Position numbers and translations under genes: made by a program
Origin: Eledone cirrhosa
Lineage: Eukaryota
Direction of reading: 5' to 3'
Length of the DNA: 64,000 nucleotides
Assembly: GCA_964016885.1 (NCBI GenBank)
Contig: OZ024744.1
Location: 24,304,001 to 24,368,000, forward strand
Notes under the pieces: model-generated
Databases searched by the model: none
The model's input: the letters and a program-made list of their open reading frames with translations, nothing else
Told to the model about the DNA's origin: nothing
Part shown: positions 60,401 to 64,000 of the stretch, one piece after another
Layout: every line of letters starts with the position of its first letter
Numbering within the stretch: the stretch's first letter is position 1

Positions 60401-62430
60401 AACCCATTTTAACAACAGTTGAATCTTAAGAACTGACTCGTTTTAACAACAGTTGAATCTTAAGATAAAACTCGTTTTAACAACAGTTGAATCTTAAGAA
60501 CTGACTCGTTTTAACAACAGTTGAATCTTAAGAACTGACTCGTTTTATAAACAGTTCAACCTTAAGAACTGACTCGTTTTAACAACAGTTGAATCTTCAA
60601 ATAAAACTCGTTTTAACAACAGTTAAATATTAAGAACTGACTCGTTTTAACAGCAGTTGAATTTTAATATAAAACTCGTTTTAACAACAGTTGAATCTTA
60701 AGAACTGACTCGTTTTAATAACAGTTGAATCTTAAGATAAAACTCGTTTTAACAACATTAGAATCTTAAAAACTGACTCGTTTTAACATCAGCTGAATTT
60801 TAAGATAAAACTCGTTTTAACAACAGTTGAATCTTAAGAACTGACTCGTTTTATCAACAGTTCAACCTTAAGAACTGACTCGTTTTAACAACAGTTGAAT
60901 CTTCAAATAAAACTCGTTTTAACAACAGTTGAATCTTAAGAACTGACTCGTTTTAACAACAGTTGAATCTTAAGATAAAACTCGTTTTAACAACAGCTGA
61001 ATCTTAAGATTAAACTCATTTTAACAACAGTTGAATCTCAAGACAAAACCCGTTTTAACAACAGTTGAATCTTAAGAACTGACTCGTTTTAACAACAGTT
61101 GAATCTTAAGAACTGACTCGTTTAACAACAGTTGAATCTTAAGAACTGTCTCGTTTTAACAACAGTTGAATCTTAAGATAAACCTCGTTTTAACAACAGT
61201 TTAATCTTAACAACTGACTCGTTTTAACAACAGTTGAATCTTAAGATAAAATTCGTTTTAACAACAGTTGAATCTTAAGAACTGATTCGTTTTAACAACA
61301 GTTCAAACTTAAGAACTGACTCGTTTTAACAACAGTTGAATCTTATGATAAAACTCATTTTAACAACAGTTGAATCTTAAGAACTGATTCGTTTTAACAA
61401 CAGATGAATCTTAAGATAAACCTCGCTTTAACAAAATTTGAATCTTAAGAACTGGCTCGTTTTAACAACAGTTGAATCTTAAGAACTGTCTCGTTTTAAC
61501 AACACTTGAATCTTAAGAACTGACTCGTTTTAACAACAGTTGAATCTTATGATAAAACCCATTTTAACAACAGTTGAATCTTAAGATAAAACTCGTTTTA
61601 ACAACAGTTGAATCTTAAGAACTGACTCGTTTTAACAACAGTTGAATCTTAAGATAAAACTCGTTTTAACAACAGTTGAATCTTAAGAACTGACTCATTT
61701 TAACAACAGTTGAATCTTAAGAATTGACTCGTTTTATAAACAGTTCAACCTTAAGAACTGACTCGTTTTAACAACAGTTGAATCTTCAAATAAAACTCGT
61801 TTTAACAACAGTTGAATATTAAGAACTGACTCGTTTTAACAGCAGTTGAATCTTAATATAAAACTCGTTTTAACAACAGTTGAATCTTAAGAACTGACTC
61901 GTTTTAATAACAGTTGAATCTTAAGATAAAACTCGTTTTAACAACAGTTGAATCTTAAGAACTGACTCGTTTTAACAACAGCTGAATTTTAAGATAAAAC
62001 TCGTTTTAACAACAGTTGAATCTTAAGAACTGACTCGTTTTATCAACAGTTCAACCTTAAGAACTGACTCATTTTAACAACAGTTGAATCTTCAAATAAA
62101 ACTCGTTTTAACAACAGTTGAATGTTAAGAACTGATTCGTTTTAACAACAGCTGAATCTTAAGATAAACTCGTTTTAACAACAGTTGAATCTTAAGATAA
62201 ACCTCGTTTTAACAACAGTTTAATCTTAAGAACTGACTCGTTTTAACAACAGTTGAATCTTAAGATAAAATTCGTTTTAACAACAGTTGAATCTTAAGAA
62301 CTGATTCGTTTTAACAACAGTTGAATCTTAAGATAAAACTCGTTTTAACAACAGTTGAATCTTAAGAACTGATTCGTATTAACAACAGTTGAATATTAAG
62401 ATAAAACTCGTTTTAACAACAGTTAAATCT
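57420..62430. repeat. Third copy of the ~5-kb block, offset 8257 from the copy at ~49160-54140
   Basis: GCACTG 50574/58831, AAATGACTC 51970/60227, ATTAGAATC 52500/60757 (all 8257). Confidence 0.87.
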
Positions 62431-64000
62431 TAAGAACTGACTCGTTTTAACAACAGTTGAATCTTAAGATAAAACTCGTTTTAACAACAGTTAAATCTTA
62501 AGAACTGTCTCGTTTTAACAACAGTTGAATCTTAAGAACTGACTCGTTTTAACAACAGTTGAATCTTATGATAAGACTCATTTTAACAACAGTTGAATCT
62601 TAAGATAAAACTCGTTTTAACAACAGTTGAATCTTAAGAACTGACTCGTTTTAACAACAGTTGAATCTTAAGATAAAACTCGTTTTAACAACAGTTGAAT
62701 CTTAAGAACTGACTCGTTTTAACAACAGTTGAATCTTAAGAACTTACTCGTTTTATAAACAGTTCAACCTTAAGAACTTACTCGTTTTAACAACAGTTGA
62801 ATATTAAGAACTGATTCGTTTTAACAGCAGTTGAATCTTAATATAAAACTCGTTTTAACAACAGTTGAATCTTAAGATAAAACTTGTTTTAACAACAGTT
62901 GAATCTTAAGAACTGACTCGTTTTAATAACAGTTGAATCTTAAGATAGAACTCGTTTTAACAACAGTTGAATCTTAAGAACTGACTCGTTTTAACAACAG
63001 CTGAATTTTAAGATAAAACTCGTTTTAACAACAGTTGAATCTTAAGAACTGACTCGTTTTATCAACAGTTCAACCTTAAGAACTGACTCATTTTAACAAC
63101 AGATGAATCTTCAAATAAAACTCGTTTTAACAACAGTTGAATGTTAAGAACTGAATCGTTTTAACAACAGCTGAATCTTAAGATAAACTCGTTTTAACAA
63201 CAGTTGAATCTTAAGATAAACCTCGTTTTAACAACAGTTTAATCTTAAGAACTGAATCGTTTTAACAACAGTTGAATCTTAAGATAAAATTCGTTTTAAC
63301 AATAGTTGAATCTTAAGAACTGATTCGTTTTAACAACAGTTCAAACTTAAGAACTGACTCGTTTTAACAACAGCTGAATCTTCAGATGAAACTCGTTTTA
63401 ACAACAGTTGAATATTAAGAACTGACTCATTTTAACAACAGTTGAATCTTAAGATAAAACATCATTTTAACAACAGTTGAATCTTAAAATAAAACTCGTT
63501 TTAACAACAGTTGAATCTTAAGAACTGACTCGTTTTAACAACAGTTGAATCTTAAGAACTGACTCGTTTTAACAACAGTTCAACCTTAAGAACTGACTCG
63601 TTTTAACAACAGTTGAATCTTAAGATAAAATTCGTGTTAACAATAGTTGAATCTTAAGAACTGATTCGTTTTAACAACAGTTGAATCTTAAGAACTGACT
63701 CATTTTAACAACAGTTGAATCTTAAGATAAAACATCATTTTAACAACAGTTGAATCTTAAAATAAAACTCGTTTTAACAACAGTTGAATCTTAAGAACTG
63801 ACTCGTTTTAACAACAGTTGAATCGTAAGATAAAACTCGTTTTAACAACAGTTGAATCTTAAGAACTGACTCGTTTTAACAACAGTTCAACCTTAAGAAC
63901 TGACTCGTTTTAACAACTGTTGAATCTTCAAATAAAACTCGTTTTAACAACAGTTGAATCTTAAGAATTGACTCGTTTTAACAACAATTAAATCTTAAGA

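Larger units (their letters stand above)
1..64000. repeat. Tandem satellite DNA array, 34-bp monomer (~1,880 copies), head-to-tail, extending beyond both window edges
   Basis: Monomers start at 1, 35, 69, 103 and so on. Type A is TTGAATCTTAAGAACTGACTCGTTTTAACAACAG (11/34 GC) and type B is TTGAATCTTAAGATAAAACTCGTTTTAACAACAG (9/34 GC). Most copies carry 0-3 substitutions. I saw no non-repeat sequence or strand switch. Copy number is 64000/34. Confidence 0.99.

Noticed and set aside
1-64000. CRISPR array: the rotated B monomer GTTTTAACAACAGTTGAATCTTAAGATAAAAC has GTTTT...AAAAC ends and an internal TTGAAT, reminiscent of type II repeats
   Set aside because: Repeats abut with only a constant 2-nt TC between them. 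There are no unique spacers, leader or cas genes, and variation consists of inherited point variants.
1-64000. Repeat-protein coding sequence on either strand
   Set aside because: 34 is not a multiple of 3. The A monomer has stops in all three plus-strand frames (TGA at 2, TAA at 9, TGA at 16, TAA at 26). The minus strand has two TAA per monomer in rotating frames. Under a code that reassigns TAA the minus consensus would be open, but frequent variant TGA codons and 1-bp indels argue against coding.
1-64000. Plasmid iterons, phage or viral origin repeats, or a telomeric repeat
   Set aside because: The scale (>1,800 copies) and the absence of any rep gene or unique DNA do not fit iterons. There is no G-rich telomeric motif, and inherited higher-order variant patterns indicate recombinational amplification and not telomerase synthesis.
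1-64000. A/B order as a regular or coded pattern
   Set aside because: Alternation is broken irregularly by AA, AAA and BB runs, and the recurring order is explained by the block duplications.

Overview
The whole 64-kb window is one uninterrupted, single-orientation, AT-rich (~29-30% GC) tandem satellite of 34-bp monomers (~1,880 copies), running off both window edges. No genes, RNA genes, transposons or CRISPR spacers are supported. The consensus is TTGAATCTTAAGA-[ACTG|TAAA]-ACTCGTTTTAACAACAG. The two monomer types (A = ACTG, B = TAAA) alternate loosely as a 68-bp dimer. Rare diagnostic variants reveal nested higher-order structure: duplications of 9-12, 31 and 59 monomers, and recent blocks at offsets of about 5.7, 5.9, 7.0, 8.3 and 15.6 kb. 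The most unusual signal is that the monomer is almost tiled by short dyad symmetries. Several multi-base variants, including the A/B difference itself, turn imperfect inverted repeats into perfect ones, as template-switch mutagenesis would. The architecture resembles eukaryotic (peri)centromeric or heterochromatic satellite, but organism and function cannot be determined from this window. All offsets were counted by eye from marker variants and block boundaries are approximate.
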